DNA of 64,000 nt. Origin: Heptranchias perlo (lineage: Eukaryota). Where the stretch lies: positions 6,076,001 through 6,140,000 of the forward strand of contig NC_090348.1 of assembly GCF_035084215.1 (NCBI RefSeq), given 5' to 3'. The position numbers and the translations under genes were made by a program. Shown here one piece after another: positions 36,846-50,159 of this stretch. The notes below the pieces were generated by a model. That model was not told the DNA's origin and did no database searches. It was given only the letters and a program-made list of their open reading frames with translations. Numbering within the stretch: position 1 is the stretch's first letter; every line of letters starts with the position of its first letter.

Positions 36846-38527
36846 TTTTTTTTTTATTCGTTCACGGGACGTGGGCGTCGCTGGCGAGGCCAGCATTTCT
36901 TGCCCATCCCTAATTGCCCTCGAGAAGGTGGTGGTGAGCCACCTTCTTGAACCGCTGCAGTCCGTGTGGTGACGGTTCTCCCACAGTGCTGTTAGGAAAG
37001 GAGTTCCAGGATTTTGACCCAGCGACAATGAAGGAACGGCGATATATTTCCAAGTCGGGATGGTGTGTGACTTGGAGGGGAACGTGCAGGTGGTGTTGTT
37101 CCCATGTGCCTGCTGCTTTTGTTCTAGGTGGTAGAGGTCGCGGGTTTGGGAGGTGCTGTCGAAGAAGCCTTGGCGAGTTGCTGCAGTGCATCCTGTGGAT
37201 GGTACACACTGCAGCCACAGTGCGCCGGTGGCGAAGGGAGTGAATGTTTAGGGTGGTGGATGGGGTGCGAATCAAGCGGGCTGCTTTATCTTGGATGGTG
37301 TCGAGCTTCTTGAGTGTTGTTGGAGCTACACTCATCCAGGCAAGTGGAGAGTATTCCATCACACTCCTGACTTGTGCGTTGTAGATGGTGGAAAGGCTTT
37401 GGGGAGTCAGGAGGTGAGTCACTCGCTGCAGAATACTCAGCCTCTGACCTGCTCTCATAGCCACAGTATTTATATGGCTGGTCCAGTTAAGTTTCTGGTC
37501 AATGGTGACCCCCAGGATGTTGATGGTGGGGGATTCGGCGATGGTAATGCCGTTGAATGTCATGGGGAGGTGGTTAGACTCTCTCTTGTTTGAGATGGTC
37601 ATTGCCTGGCACTTATCTGGCGCGAATGTTACTTGCCACTTATGTTGTCCAGGTCTTGCTGCATGCGGGCTCAGACTGTTTCATTATTTGAGGGGTTGCG
37701 AATGGAACTGAACACTGTGCAGTCATCAGCGAACATCCCCATTTCTGACCTTATGATGAAGGGAAGGTCATTGATGAAGCAGCTGAAGATGGTTGGGCCT
37801 AGGACACTGCCCTGAGGAACTCCTGCAGCAATGTCCTGGGGCTGAGATGATTGGCCTCCAACAACCACTACCATCTTCCTTTGTGCTAGATATGACTCCA
37901 GCCACTGGGGAGTTTTCCCCCTGATTCCCATTGACTTCAATTTTACTAGGGCTCCTTGATGCCAGGATCGGTCAAATGCTGCCTTGATGTCAAGGGCAGT
38001 CACTCTCACCTCACCTCTGGAATTCAGCTCTTTTGTCCATGTTTGGACCAAGGCTGTAATGAGGTCTGGAGCCGAGTGGTCCTGGCGGAACCCAAACTGA
38101 GCATCGGTGAGCAGGTTATTGGTGAGTAAGTGCCGCTTGATAGCACTGTCGACGACACCTTCCATCACTTTGCTGATGATTGAGTGTAGACTGATGGGGC
38201 GGTAATTGGCCGGATTGGATTTGTCCTGCTTTTTGTGGACAGGACATACCTGGGCAATTTTCCACATTGTCGGGTAGATGCCAGTGTTGTAGCTGTACTG
38301 GAACAGCTTGGCTAGAGGCGCAGCTAGTTCTGGAGCACAAGTCTTCAGCACTACAGCTGGGATGTTGTCGGGGCCCATAGCCTTTGCTGTATCCAGTGCA
38401 CTCAGCCGTTTCTTGATATCACGTGGAGTGAATCGAATTGGCCGAAGACTGGCTTCTGTGATGGTGGGGATATCGGGAGGAGGCTGAGATGGATCATCCA
38501 CTCGGCACTTCTGGCTGAAGATGGTTC
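36846..38527 (-). mobile_element. 5'-truncated LINE family B copy (RT plus 3' tail)
   Basis: ORFs 37671..38501 ([29 protein letters not shown]) and 36910..37602; poly-A end. Confidence 0.92.
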
Positions 38528-38642
38528 AGTGAGGCAATTAAGTGACTGTTTTATAAACAGCAATAAATAACCTATTAAAACAGGATACTATTAAAGTGAT
38601 ATCTCAACTGTAGGGGCTAAGAAATGAAACCAAATTACTTAC

Positions 38643-40225
38643 CTAATAAACTTGTGTTCAGATGAATCGTTGAAAGAGAGCTAAAGGCATTGTAAATATC
38701 CTGGGATTTTGTCATTTTTTGAGGAGAAGCATAGGTATTTGATAGAAACAGCAGAGATCTGAGTATATGATCACCAGAAGCCAATGAATTTACCGTAAGT
38801 GCTGTTGTGGTACCAACAAATATTGAGGAATGGATGGGAGGAGTGCGTAATGGAGAAGTTAGTTTCGTACTGATGACTGATGAATGACTGTAGAGAGTTG
38901 GGAGAGGAAGTAAGTACTTAGGACTATCAGTCATGCTATAACTATGCAGAGCTTTAACTGATGAAGTCTCCACCTTGTAATATTGGTTAGTGCTAGTGAT
39001 GATGGCCAAGACTGTTGGTGCCATTTTATCCAAAATGGGTGTACCAAACGTGTTCAGTGCAGTCAGTAGGGTAGTTTCGTCAAATAGTGATGACATTGAT
39101 GAAGATAGTATGTTTGGGCTGGCAGTAACAGTAAACTGTTCAGTCAGCTGAGGTTGTATGATGGCTATAGAGGAGGTCTGGGTAGCGGAAGTGAGAACTG
39201 TTGGAATTATGCTTTGAATCCCCTTTGTTACAAACTCAGTAACCACTGTTGGAGTAGGTGACAGTTGTGACTGTTGCGCAATTCTGAGAGATGAAGTACC
39301 AAGGAGAAAATAACTTGAGGGTTCAAGCACAGGGAAACTTGGGAACATTGACTCCATCTCTGATTTAGCCAAGAGCACATGTGAAGTTTGTGTGTCTAAT
39401 GACGTTACAGGTTTTGATGGCAGCGTAAATAAGGGTAAAAGTTTGGTCGTTTCTAAAACAGACTTCATTGCAAGTGAGGTTGGTGGTGGGAATGAGAGCA
39501 CAAAGCCAGAGAAACTGCTCAAGTAAATCTCTGTGAAATTAATGGATGCTTTGAGTTGAACAGAAGTGAATGAGGTTCTGAACGGGGAGCTTTGTTGCCT
39601 TTTCGGGGACGTTGGGATGCCTGACGCTGTAGTTTGTACATCCCATCTGTCCTGCTCGGTTGCAGAATCCAGTTTTGAATAGTCTATGTTTGACGTGAAA
39701 GTTTTGGTAAAGATCTGGGTAAGTATTGTAGGCTCAGGTCTGATTAAGTAGGTTGGTTTAGGTGGTGTCATTGCAGGTGTTGGTGAAACCATTAAAACTT
39801 GGCGCCGGTTCCTTTGAAGATGCATGATCTTTTTTCCTTTTCTCAATACCCTCCAGCCTGAAATATGCCATCCTAAATACTGTGAAATATGACCGGAGAA
39901 GACATTATGATTCAAAACCTGACTGAGTTCCTGCAACATCCCAAAGCTCCCGCAGCTGATAGGCCAATAGATTTCTACCGCTTCTCTGTCCGTAGAACTC
40001 CTGTTGCCGGCTTCAGAAGCCAAAATATGGATCATCTTCGGTTTAAGATTCGTCATATCCCTGAATGGGCATAGTGTTAATAAAAATGGATCTGTACGTA
40101 GATACTCAGCCATGGATAGGACGAGAGATATGCGACTGCTCGCTCCTAAAGAGTTGATCTTGGCCTGGAGGATAACACCTGCGTAAACGGTGGGACCATC
40201 TGCTGTACATCCTCTTAAGTGAAAG
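38643..40225 (-). CDS. Dystroglycan-like gene, coding exon 3: S6-like domain, furin site RNRR, start of mucin region
   Basis: ttcag|C acceptor, G|gtaagt donor, 1583 nt, phase 2 to 1; CTADGP..VIL, WPISC and SQYLGWHISGWRV parallel DAG1 CAADEP..VIL, WKLGC and SAQLGYPVVGWHI; followed by ~385 S/T/P-rich residues. Confidence 0.9.
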
Positions 40226-40653
40226 CTGAAGACAGGAAAAAATAGCTTTAGCAAATTAAATCTGTAAATATAACATTTTAGTTATGTTTAATAAAATATA
40301 ACTACAGTAGGTATAAAGGTATGAAAGTGCTTTTTTTTTGCTTGAAGATGAATGCCCTGGGTTACTTTCTAGTTCCGTACTGATTAGCATAAGAAACTTG
40401 ATCATTAATTTGTCCTGAATTTCACTAAAGATCAGCACTGATTTTAAGATCTGAGACCAGATTTTGATAAGTTTCTATAATGTGGTTGGATCCCCAAGGA
40501 AATTGTCAAGAAAAGCAGTGTCAGATGGAGGTGACCCTAAAGATCAGCTATTTGTACAGTCAAGATAATAACCCATCAAGAGCAGGTTGTACTCAATAGT
40601 TTTAAAACATTCATAATTTCTTACTGAAGTGAAAAAAAAAATCTAAATCCTAC

Positions 40654-40898
40654 TTGTCCGATGTTGGAAAGCGACGGCCTGTTGTGGTGTTCCGTTCGTT
40701 GGTGTTTCGATCTTCGTTCAAAACCAACAGTTGAAAAGTTGTAGAAACTTGGCTTGACTTGTGCTGCATATTTCCTCGAGCTGTCACCTTTATGTTGTAT
40801 CCTCCAGCATCGTTGCTTGTTGGAAGGCCTTGAATGGTCCTTGTTTTTGAGTTGAATTCCAGCCATTTGGGTAGAATGGTGGCACCAACTAATGAGAC
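40654..40898 (-). CDS. Dystroglycan-like gene, coding exon 2: VSLVGATILPKWLEFNSKTRTIQGLPTSNDAGGYNIKVTAR...FPTSD(N)
   Basis: Found in a different frame from the listed ORF 40621..40866; accag|GTC acceptor, AA|gtagga donor, 245 nt, phase 0 to 2; LPxWL.F....T.xGLP...D.G matches DAG1 [24 protein letters not shown]. Confidence 0.88.
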
Positions 40899-41961
40899 CT
40901 GGTTTAAAATATAATCAGTGATGGGAGTAGTTCTTAATATGAATTATCTACCTCTCCAACAACAAATTGCATTTAAATAGTGCCTTTAATGTAGTAAAAT
41001 GTCCTAAGGTGCTTCACAGGAGCGTAATCAGACACAAAAATAAATTTGGCACTGAACCAAAGAAAGTGACATTAGGACAGGCGACCAAAAGCTTGGTTAA
41101 AGAGGTAGGTTTTAAGAAGCGACTTAACGGAGGAGAATTCATATTGATCAGGGGTGTCAAAACTACAGCCCGTGGGTCACATACGGCCTCAACCCCTGGC
41201 ATTTAACCCTTGAAGCCCAGATAATTCCGTCCTATTTGCACTTGTACATCTTGCTCTCTGGTTTTGAATTTTATGAGCCTGGAGATTTGGAAAAATTTGT
41301 TCTTAGTCCTGTTGCCCCATTGGTAGATAAATCGTAAATCAGAACACCAAGATCTGTACATATCAGCAACTTGGGACGTGTGCAAATTAATGGGAGCACA
41401 GATTTAAAGTTTTTATATGGTTCCGGAGATTCTGTGGTATCCACCTTTGTGCTCCTTCAAGACAAAAAGCCTGGACTTCGCTGACCAGGATTAATCCAAG
41501 TTGCAGCATTAATTTCACCGGTTTGTATTATCCAAGCAATGTTCGGTTCTGTTAGTGTGTTCCAGCATATCGATCCTATTGTTTAACTAAGCCACCAAGT
41601 AAATAGTTTGTTGGTTTAGATAAAACTAATGGCCTGCATTTCAATAATTCACATCAGCAATTCTCTCAGACTTTTGATTTTTCTCCTGATGTCGCCCTAT
41701 ATAATTGCTGAAGAATTTTGATCTGCCCACTTTTTTTTGTACACTCAAATTATGTTGGACAATTGATCCTTCCAGGGGTCAGTTCCCTGACTTCATTGCA
41801 ACATATGTTATAGAACTATTGCATTCATTGAAACTGTCCAGTATATCATAGAATAACCCATTATCCAAGGTGAGAGGAGGCAATCACTGGGACATTGGGT
41901 GCTTGATGCCTTATAGGAAGCATGTTGACCACATGCTTCAGCTTTGACCCTTCGTAAGTGT

Positions 41962-43120
41962 CAGCCTTGGCGCAGTGGTAGCACTCTCACCTCTCAGTCA
42001 GAAGGTCATGGGTTTAAATCCCATTTAAGACACTTGAACACATTATCTAGGCTGACACTTCAGTGCAGTACTGAGGGAGTGCTGCACAGTTGGAGGTGCT
42101 GTCTTTCAGATGAGATGTTAAACTGAGGCTTCGTCTGCCCTCTCGGAAGGATGGAAGATCCCATGGCACTATTCAAAGAAGAGCAGGAGAGTTCTCCCCA
42201 GTGTCATGGCCAATATTTATCTCTCAACCAACACTTAAAACACATTGGGCCAGGAGCAGGGCATCTCATGGCGTACAGTGTTAGTTAAACTTCTTCCTGC
42301 ACCCTTCACTCAAAATTGTTGGAAGTGCGTGGTGCTAACAGCATGGTGAGGGCAACGGGGCATCTGGGACCTTGGTGAACAACGGGACCAACAGTCTGTC
42401 TCCTTAACCAATGAGATTTAAGGATTGAGAAAGAAACAGAGGAACGAGGGGTAAGTTCATGAATTAGAGTTAAATCAGGTACCGAAAGAGAGGGAAAGAA
42501 AAAATTGGATTAAGAGAGAGAGAAATAAGAGACAAGAAACGTAAGAAAAAAAATGTAAAAATTTTAAATTTGACATTTTTAAAATCTTTAACAACAATTG
42601 ACTACAGGCAGGAATGAGATTGAACAATTTAAATTGTTCCCTTTCTGGGCCAGAGAGATTGATTGGCACTGCATTAACGATTATCACCTCGTTAAGTTCC
42701 AGTCCTAACTTTCTGCGTCTAGTTTAATGTTCAATTAATATGCAAATACAGCAAGCTCTTAAAAATAACGGGAGGCTCAGGGCGAGATGCTGTTTGTGCG
42801 AAGCAAACAGCGGAGCAGTGTAAATCGACCAGCAAGTTCTGGAGATTTGCAACTCAGTGTATCTATTAATCCCCTGAACTTGCTGGCTGATTTGCGCATT
42901 AATAACACCGTGCGTCGTGAACACACGATTAATTTTCCAGCAAGATTCAGCCCATTATCTGGTCACTTATTTCATTGCTGTTTGTGCGACCTTGCTGTGC
43001 ACAAATTGGCTTTCGTGTTTCCTACATTACAACAGTGACTACACTTCAAAAGTACTTCATTGGCAGTAAAGCACTTTGGACACTTTGGTGAAAGGTGCTA
43101 TATAAATACAATTCTTTCTT
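41962..43120 (+). mobile_element. DeuSINE split by a 707-bp MITE-like insertion (42247-42953)
   Basis: SINE head and Deu core to 42246, remainder from 42954; ATT duplicated at both junctions. Confidence 0.8.
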
Positions 43121-43269
43121 TCACATGGGGTGTTCTGGGTCCAAGACAGATGGAACAATGTGATCTTGTCACTTCTGGAGTAGGGAAGCTCACTCACAAT
43201 CTTCTATTTCTGTTACCTGTTCCAAATGTGACTGATCAGCGTACTTAACAGTTCTATGACCTGAATCGG

Positions 43270-43730
43270 AGCATAGAATCATCGTACGTTACAACACAGA
43301 AGCAGGCCATTCGGTCAGTCGTGCCTATGCCGGCTCTTTGAAAGAGCTGTCTAATTTAGTCCCACTCTCCAGCTTTTTCCCCTTAACCCTGCAAATTGGT
43401 CCTCTTCAAATACATGTCTCATTGCCTTTTGAAAGCTCCTATGGAATCCACCACCCTTTCAGATAGTAAGTTCCAGACCTTAACAACCCTCCGTGTGAAA
43501 AAATTTCTCCTCATTTCCCCTCTACTTCTTTTGCCAATTATTTTAAATCTATGACCTCTGCTTACTGAGCCACTTACCAGAGGAAACAGTTTCTCCCTAC
43601 TTGCTCTATCAAAACCCTGCATAATTTTGAACACTTCTATTCGGTCTCCCCTTAACCTTCCCTGCTCTAAGGGGAACAATCCTATCTTCTCTAATCTCGA
43701 CACATAACTGAAGTCCCTCATCCCTGGTAT
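43270..43730 (-). mobile_element. CR1 3' part (upstream part continues at ~46951-47270)
   Basis: MRDFSYVSRLEKIGLFPLEQGRLRGD...; RT remnant on the far side of the family B insertion. Confidence 0.8.
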
Positions 43731-46700
43731 TTTATTATTATTCGTTCATGGGATGAGGGCGTTGCTGGCGAGGCCGGCATTTATTGCCCATCCCTAATTG
43801 CCCCTGAGAAGGTGGTGGTGAGCCGCCTTCTTGAACTGCTGAAGTCCGTGTGGAGAAGATTCTCCCACAGTGTTGTTAGGAAGGGAGTTCCAGGATTTTG
43901 ACCCAGCGACGATGAAGGAACGGCGATATATTTCCAAGTCGGGATGGTGTGTGACTTGGAGGGGAACGTGCAGGTGGTGTTGTTCCCATGTAGCTGCTGC
44001 TCCTGTCATTCTAGATTTGAGGAGGTCGTGGGTTTGGGAGGTGCTGTCGAAGAAGCCTTGGCGAGTTGCTGCAGTGCATCCTGTGGATGGTACACACTGC
44101 TGCCACAGTGCGCCGGTGGTGAAGGGAGTGAATGTTTAGAGTAGTGGATGGGGTGCCAATCAAGCGGGCTGCTTTGTCCTGAATGGTGTTGAGCTTCTTG
44201 AGTATTGTTGGAGCTGCACTCATCCAGGCAAGTGGAGAGTATTCCATCACACTCCTGACTTGTGCCTTGTAAGTGGTGGAAAGGCTTTGGAGAGTCAGGA
44301 GGTGAGTCACTCTCCACAGAATACCCAGCCTCTGACCTGCTCTTGTAGCCCTAGTATTTATATGGCTGGTCCAGTTAAGTTTCTGGTCAATGGTGACCCC
44401 CAGGATGTTGATGGTGGGGGATTCGGTGACGGTAATGCCGTTGAATGTTAAGGGGAGGTGGTTAGACTCGCTCTTGTTGGAGATGGTCATTGCCTGGCAC
44501 TTGTCTGGCACGAATGTTAATTGCCACTTATCAGCCCAAGCCTGGATGTTGTCCAGGTCTTGCTGCATGCGGGCTCGGACTGCTTCATTATTTGAGGGGT
44601 TGCGAATGGAACTGAACACTGTGCAATTGTCAGCAAACATTCCCATTTCTGACCTTATGATGGAGGGAAGGTCATTGATGAAGCAGCTGAAGATGGTTGG
44701 GCCTAGGACACTGCCCTGAGGAACTCCTGCAGCTATGTCCTGGGGCTGAGATGATTGGCCTCCAACAGCCACTACCATCTTCCTTTGTGCTAGGTATGAC
44801 TCCAACCACTGGAGAGCTTTCCCCCTGATTCTCATTGACTTCAATTTTACTAGGGCTCCTTGGTGCCACACTCGGTCAAATGCTGCCTTGATGTCAAGGG
44901 CAGTCACTCTCACCTCACCTCTGGAATTCAGCTCTTTTGTCCATGTTTGGACCAAGGCTGTAATGAGGTCTGGAGCTGAGTGGTCCTGGCAGAACCCAAA
45001 CTGAGCATGTTATTGGTGAGTAAGTGCCGCTTGATAGCATTGTCGACGACACCTTCCATCACTTTGCTGATGATTGGGAGTAGACTGATGGGGCGGTAAT
45101 TGGCTGGATTGGATTTGTCCTGCTTTTTGTGGACAGGACATACCTGGGCAATTTTCCACATTGTCGGGTAGATGCCAGTGTTGTAGCTGTACTGGAACAG
45201 CTTGGCTAGAGTCGCAGCTAGTTCTGGAGCACAAGTCTTCAGTGCTACAGCCGGGATGTTGTCAGGGCCCATAGCCTTTGCAGTATCCAGTGCACTCAGC
45301 CGTTTCTTGATATCATGTGGAGTGAATCAAATTGGCTGAAGACTGGCTTCTGTGATGGTGGGGATATCGGGAGGAGGCTGAGATGGATCATCCACTGGGC
45401 ACTTCTGGCTGAAGATGGTTGCAAACGCTTCAGGCTTATCTTTTGCACTCACGTGCTGGACTCCGCCATCGTTGAGGATGGGGATGTTCACGAAGCCTCC
45501 TCCTCCTGTTACTCGTCCACCACCATTCATGACTGGATGTGGCAGGACTGCAGAGCTTTGATCTGATCCATTGGTTGTGGAATCGCTTAGCTTTGCCTAT
45601 AGCATGTTGCTTCCGCTGTTTTAGCTTGCATGTAATCCTGTATTGTACCTTCACCAAGTGGGCAACTCATTTTTAGGTACACCTGGTGCTGCTTCTACAC
45701 TCCTCATTGAACCAGGGTTGATCCCCTGGCTTGTTGGTAATGGTAGAGTGAGGAATATGCCGGGCCATGAGGTTACAGATTGTGCTGGAATACAATTCTG
45801 CTGCTGCTGATGGCCCACAGTGCCTCATGGATGCCCAGTTTTGAGCTGCTAGATCTGTTCTGAATCTATTCCATTTAGCACGTTGGATGGTGTTCTCAGT
45901 GTGAAGACAGGACTTTGCCTCCATAAGGACTTGTACGGTGGTCACTCCTACCGATACTGTCATGGACAGATGTATCTGCGACAGGTAGATTGGTGAGGAC
46001 GAGGTCAGTCGGTTTTTCCCTCGTGTTGGTTCGCTCACCACCTGCCGCAGTCCCAGTCTGGCAGCTATGTCCTTCAGGACTTGGTCAGCTGTGGTGCTAC
46101 TGAGCAACTCTTGGTGATGGACTTTGTACTGTGGGTGGGGGACTTCATTTTGTGCTCTTACTACCCTGAGTGCTTCCTCCAAGTGGTGCTCAACATGGAG
46201 GAGGACTGATTCATCAGCTGAGGGTGGGTGATAGGTGGTTTCCTTGCCCATGTTTGACCTAATATCGTGAGATTTCATGGGGTCCAGAGCCCATGTTGAG
46301 GACTCCCAGGGCCACTCCCTCCTGACTGTATATCACTGTACCGCCACCTCTGGTGGGTCTGTCCTGCCTGTGGGACAGGACATACCCAGGGATGGTGATG
46401 GAAGAGTCTGGGACATTGGCAGAAAGCTATGATTCTGTGAGTATGGCTATGTCAGGCTTGACTAGTCTGTGGGACAGCTCTCCAATTTTGGCACAAGTCA
46501 AAGATGTTGTTGAGGACTTTGCAGGGTCAACTGGGCTTGGTTTGCCTTTGTCGTGTCCGGTGCCTAGTGGCCCGTCTGGATTTATTCTTATTATGACTTT
46601 TTGTAGTGGGATTGTACAACTGAGTGGCTTGCTAGGCCGTTTCAGAGGGCAGTTAAGAATCAATCACATTGCTGTGGGTCTGGAGTTACACATAGTAACT

Positions 46701-46950
46701 CGGTATGTAATTGACAGGGTAAGGATGGTAGGTTTCCTTCCCTAAAGCACATTAGTGAACCAGATGGGTTTTTACGACAAAGGTCGCCCTTACTGATAAG
46801 TCACCATTACTGATACTAGCTTTTTATTCCAGAATTTATTGAATTTAAATTCCCCAGCTGCCATGGCGGGATTTGAACTCATGACTCCGGATTATTAGTC
46901 TAGGTCTCTGGATTACTATTCCAGTAACATAACCACTATGCTACCGTACC
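43731..46950 (-). mobile_element. Near full-length LINE family B: tRNA-like 5' head, APE-RT ORF2 (frameshifted), 3' tail
   Basis: 5' end ggtacggtagcatagtggtt...gagttcaaatccc; APE motif KPDIAILTES; RT ORFs 44011..45272; same tail as the other family B copies. Confidence 0.88.
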
Positions 46951-47509
46951 CTGCATACTGCTCACTATTTGCTTCGTTGTCAAGTTTTGTATCATATGCA
47001 AACTTTGAAATTGTACTCAAGTACATACTATACCCAAGTCCAGGTCATTTATATATAACAAAAAAAGCAATGGTCCAAATACCGACCCCTGGCGGACCCC
47101 ACTGCGTACTTCTCTCCAATCTGAAAAACATCCGTTCAACACTACTCGCTGCTTCCCATCCCTTAGCCAATTACATACCGAAGTTACCACCGTCCCTTTA
47201 ATACCACGTGCTCCTATTTTCTGAACAAGTCTGTTATGTCGTACTTTTTCAAACGCCTTTTGAAAGTCACTGTCACTTTAGTGGGACATGGGAGCAAACG
47301 GGGTTTCCACCGATCTTTATAGAATCAATGAAATGAAAATTCGGGCGGCTTCTATAATGGGTGGCCAATCGGATCCGCTCCACCAGATTACCGCCCGTGC
47401 AATGAAGGTGAAAGTTTACCCCATGATCCTTAAACCAAATGTGCAAGTATGACACATGCTTTCCATGTGTGATGCTTTAAGACGTGATCAGCTCATTCGA
47501 TGCAAAATG

Positions 47510-47945
47510 AGCAGGGAGAGGTTAGACAGACTGGGACTTTTTTCCCTGGAGAGTAGGAGGTTAAGGGGTGATCTTATAGAAGTCTATAAAATAATGAGGG
47601 GCATAGATAAGGTCGATAGTCAAAATCTTTTCCCAAAGGTAGGGGAGTCTATAACGAGGGGGCATAGATTTAAGGTGAGAGGGGAGAGATACAAAAGGGT
47701 CCAGAGGGGCAATTTTTTCACTCAAAGGGTGGTGAGTGTCTGGAACGAGCTGCCAGAGGCAGTAGTAGAGGCGGGTACAATTTTGTCTTTTAAAAAGCAT
47801 TTGGACAGTTACATGGGTAAGATGGGTATAGAGGGATATGGGCCAAGTGCAGGCAATTGGGACTAGCTTAGTGGTATAAACTGGGCGACATGGACATGTT
47901 GGGCCGAAGGGTCTGTTTCCATGTTGTAACTTCTATGATTCTATG
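47510..47945 (+). mobile_element. Young CR1 3' fragment
   Basis: RLDRLGLFSLESRRLRGDLIEVYK...GNWD*, tail ttctatgattctatga. Confidence 0.9.
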
Positions 47946-49044
47946 AAAATCTTTTATTTCTATAAGTATCAAATTGCTTCATTCTATGAAACGGTATTTA
48001 TTCCCTACTCTTAAACCTCTGTGGCTGTACCTCGCTGACCCCATTCCTTTTCCCAAGATACTCTCCATCATTCAGCCACTTCCTCTCTGACCCCTACACC
48101 ACATGGGCACCCATACCTTGCTGTATCTCTGCTAACTCTCTTTCACATTATTGTTTTCTCTACCCTTGCTGTTTCCAGTTGATCCACTTTGAAAGACTAG
48201 GGATCCCATCTTCTTCCGTAGAAATACTGAGCGATTTCATTGACCAGGGAGACGAACAGGAAATCATTGTGTTTGCTAACAACTGATTCTCCACTGATAG
48301 CTTCCATACTTTTTTGGTGCTTCTGGATTGGTAATTTTTGTGCCTACTTGCTACGTGTTCATTGCAAAGAATAAATTTTGATGATAGGAGTCTATTGCAC
48401 CCCGCCCCCAGTTTGGTCGGTAATCTTCCCCTGGTTATTTTGGGAAGGTTTGGTACAGCTGTATCTTCTCCCCTTTCCAAGCCCCACAAGTAGCATTGCT
48501 ATCTATTTAATGTTTTGCATCAGTAGGCCCCCCCCAAAATCCCTTACATTCATCCCTTTGTACCTCATATCGTGGGCATCCTAGATTAAATGTGTATCTC
48601 TCGGCTTCTCTGCTGCTCCTCCTGCTCTTCTTTCACAAATCATCTTCCCAATGGGCTCCATCCTGTCTTGATTTTGTGCTGAGAAACAGTATGTCTCTGA
48701 TTCCATTTTCTCCCTGTGGCGTCTTGTCCATCATTCTATCAAATTTTGTTCCACTAATTATCTCCAGGCCCAATCCCAACATCATTTACAGTAATCTGAT
48801 TTGAAAGGTAGATTACTTGGCAAATCGCACTACTATCATTGCTTAAAGGATATAAATCCTTATTTACAATCCTCGAGTCTTTCTATAATATCTCACGTTC
48901 TCCAAATTATATTATTCAGACTTCACCTGATCTTAAATATGGATTCCCACATCAGACTATAACTTGAGATTTGTCTCAGTCTTGTTGCAACCCCTTTGGT
49001 GCTAGTGTGTCTGTTAATTCACTAGACCAGAAAGATCAAAATCT

Positions 49045-49420
49045 TATCAGTCACTGTTGCAAGAAACACGGCAACCAATTAGCGTACAGTAAGGCCCCAC
49101 AAACAACATTGTGATAATGACCAGATAAACTGTTTTAGTGATGTTGGTTGAAAGATAAATATTAGTTAGGACACCAGGAAAATTCCCCAGCTCTCCTTCA
49201 AATAGTGCCATGGGATCTTTTACATCCACCTAAGAGGGCAGACATCACATTTAACATCTCGGTTTAACATCACATCCGAAAGATGGCACCTCTGACAATG
49301 CAACATTCCCTCAGTACTGCACTGGAGTGTCAGCCTGGATTATGTGCTCAAGTCTCTGGAGTGGGGCTTAAACCCATAACTTCTGACTCAGGCAAGAGTG
49401 CTACCCACTGAGCCACAGCT
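49045..49420 (-). mobile_element. DeuSINE
   Basis: Reverse-complement Deu core gtgccatgggatcttttacatccacc and tRNA head cccactgagcca. Confidence 0.8.
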
Positions 49421-50159
49421 GGCAACTAATATACAATACATAATATATTGTAACTAATATACAATATAACTAATATACAATATATTATCAGAGCCACTGG
49501 CTTATGGTGATTGAGTAAGTCAAATTGTGTTTTTATTAGAGTTTTGTAGCAATGTTAGTGATACTTTAGGGCTCAAATTTCATGATTCTGTGCATATTTG
49601 TGTGGAAACTAAATTGGTGGCCTTGATTACTGTAAAATGTTAGCTTAACTCTGTGTAGTTAATTTTATCTTTTTTTAAGCCCAGCACTCAGCGGAAGAAT
49701 GTTGCAAGGAGACAGGCTGTAGGAACTGCAAGTAGTAATAGTGAGTTGAGGGAACCAAATGGATTGGTAGAGTTGGGAGGATGATCCTGGGATTTGCCAA
49801 TAAGGCATCATAGGGTGTTCATCTCTCAAAACTCTCAGTGAACTGGAGAGATTTCCACCCCCCCACCACCCCTCCCCTTTCAAAAAAAAATTGGATTCCC
49901 AAAAATGCATGTTCGTAAATATATTTTATGAAACCATTGTACATTTGGATTGCATGCGGAAGGAGTTCATTGATACATCCCAGTACCTGCACTGGGATCA
50001 GCGTGAGTCAAGGGGTTGAGGCAACTTGTAGCTAGGGGAAACAAAATTGCACGTGGTATTCTGAATGGCCTCTTACCAGTTGGGTTAAATTAAGTGTTTA
50101 GCCTTAAAAAATAAAAACCAGGAAGACATGTCCTGGTACTATTTGCTGTTCTAAAATCA

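Noticed and set aside
40621-40866. Listed 81-aa ORF MAGIQLKNK...
   Set aside because: Wrong frame; the real exon is the overlapping frame encoding LPKWLEFNSKTRTIQGLP.
48160-48800. Short ORFs considered as candidate exon 2
   Set aside because: They look like old LINE remnants (IGVYCTPP resembles the APE motif); the true exon 2 is at 40654-40898.
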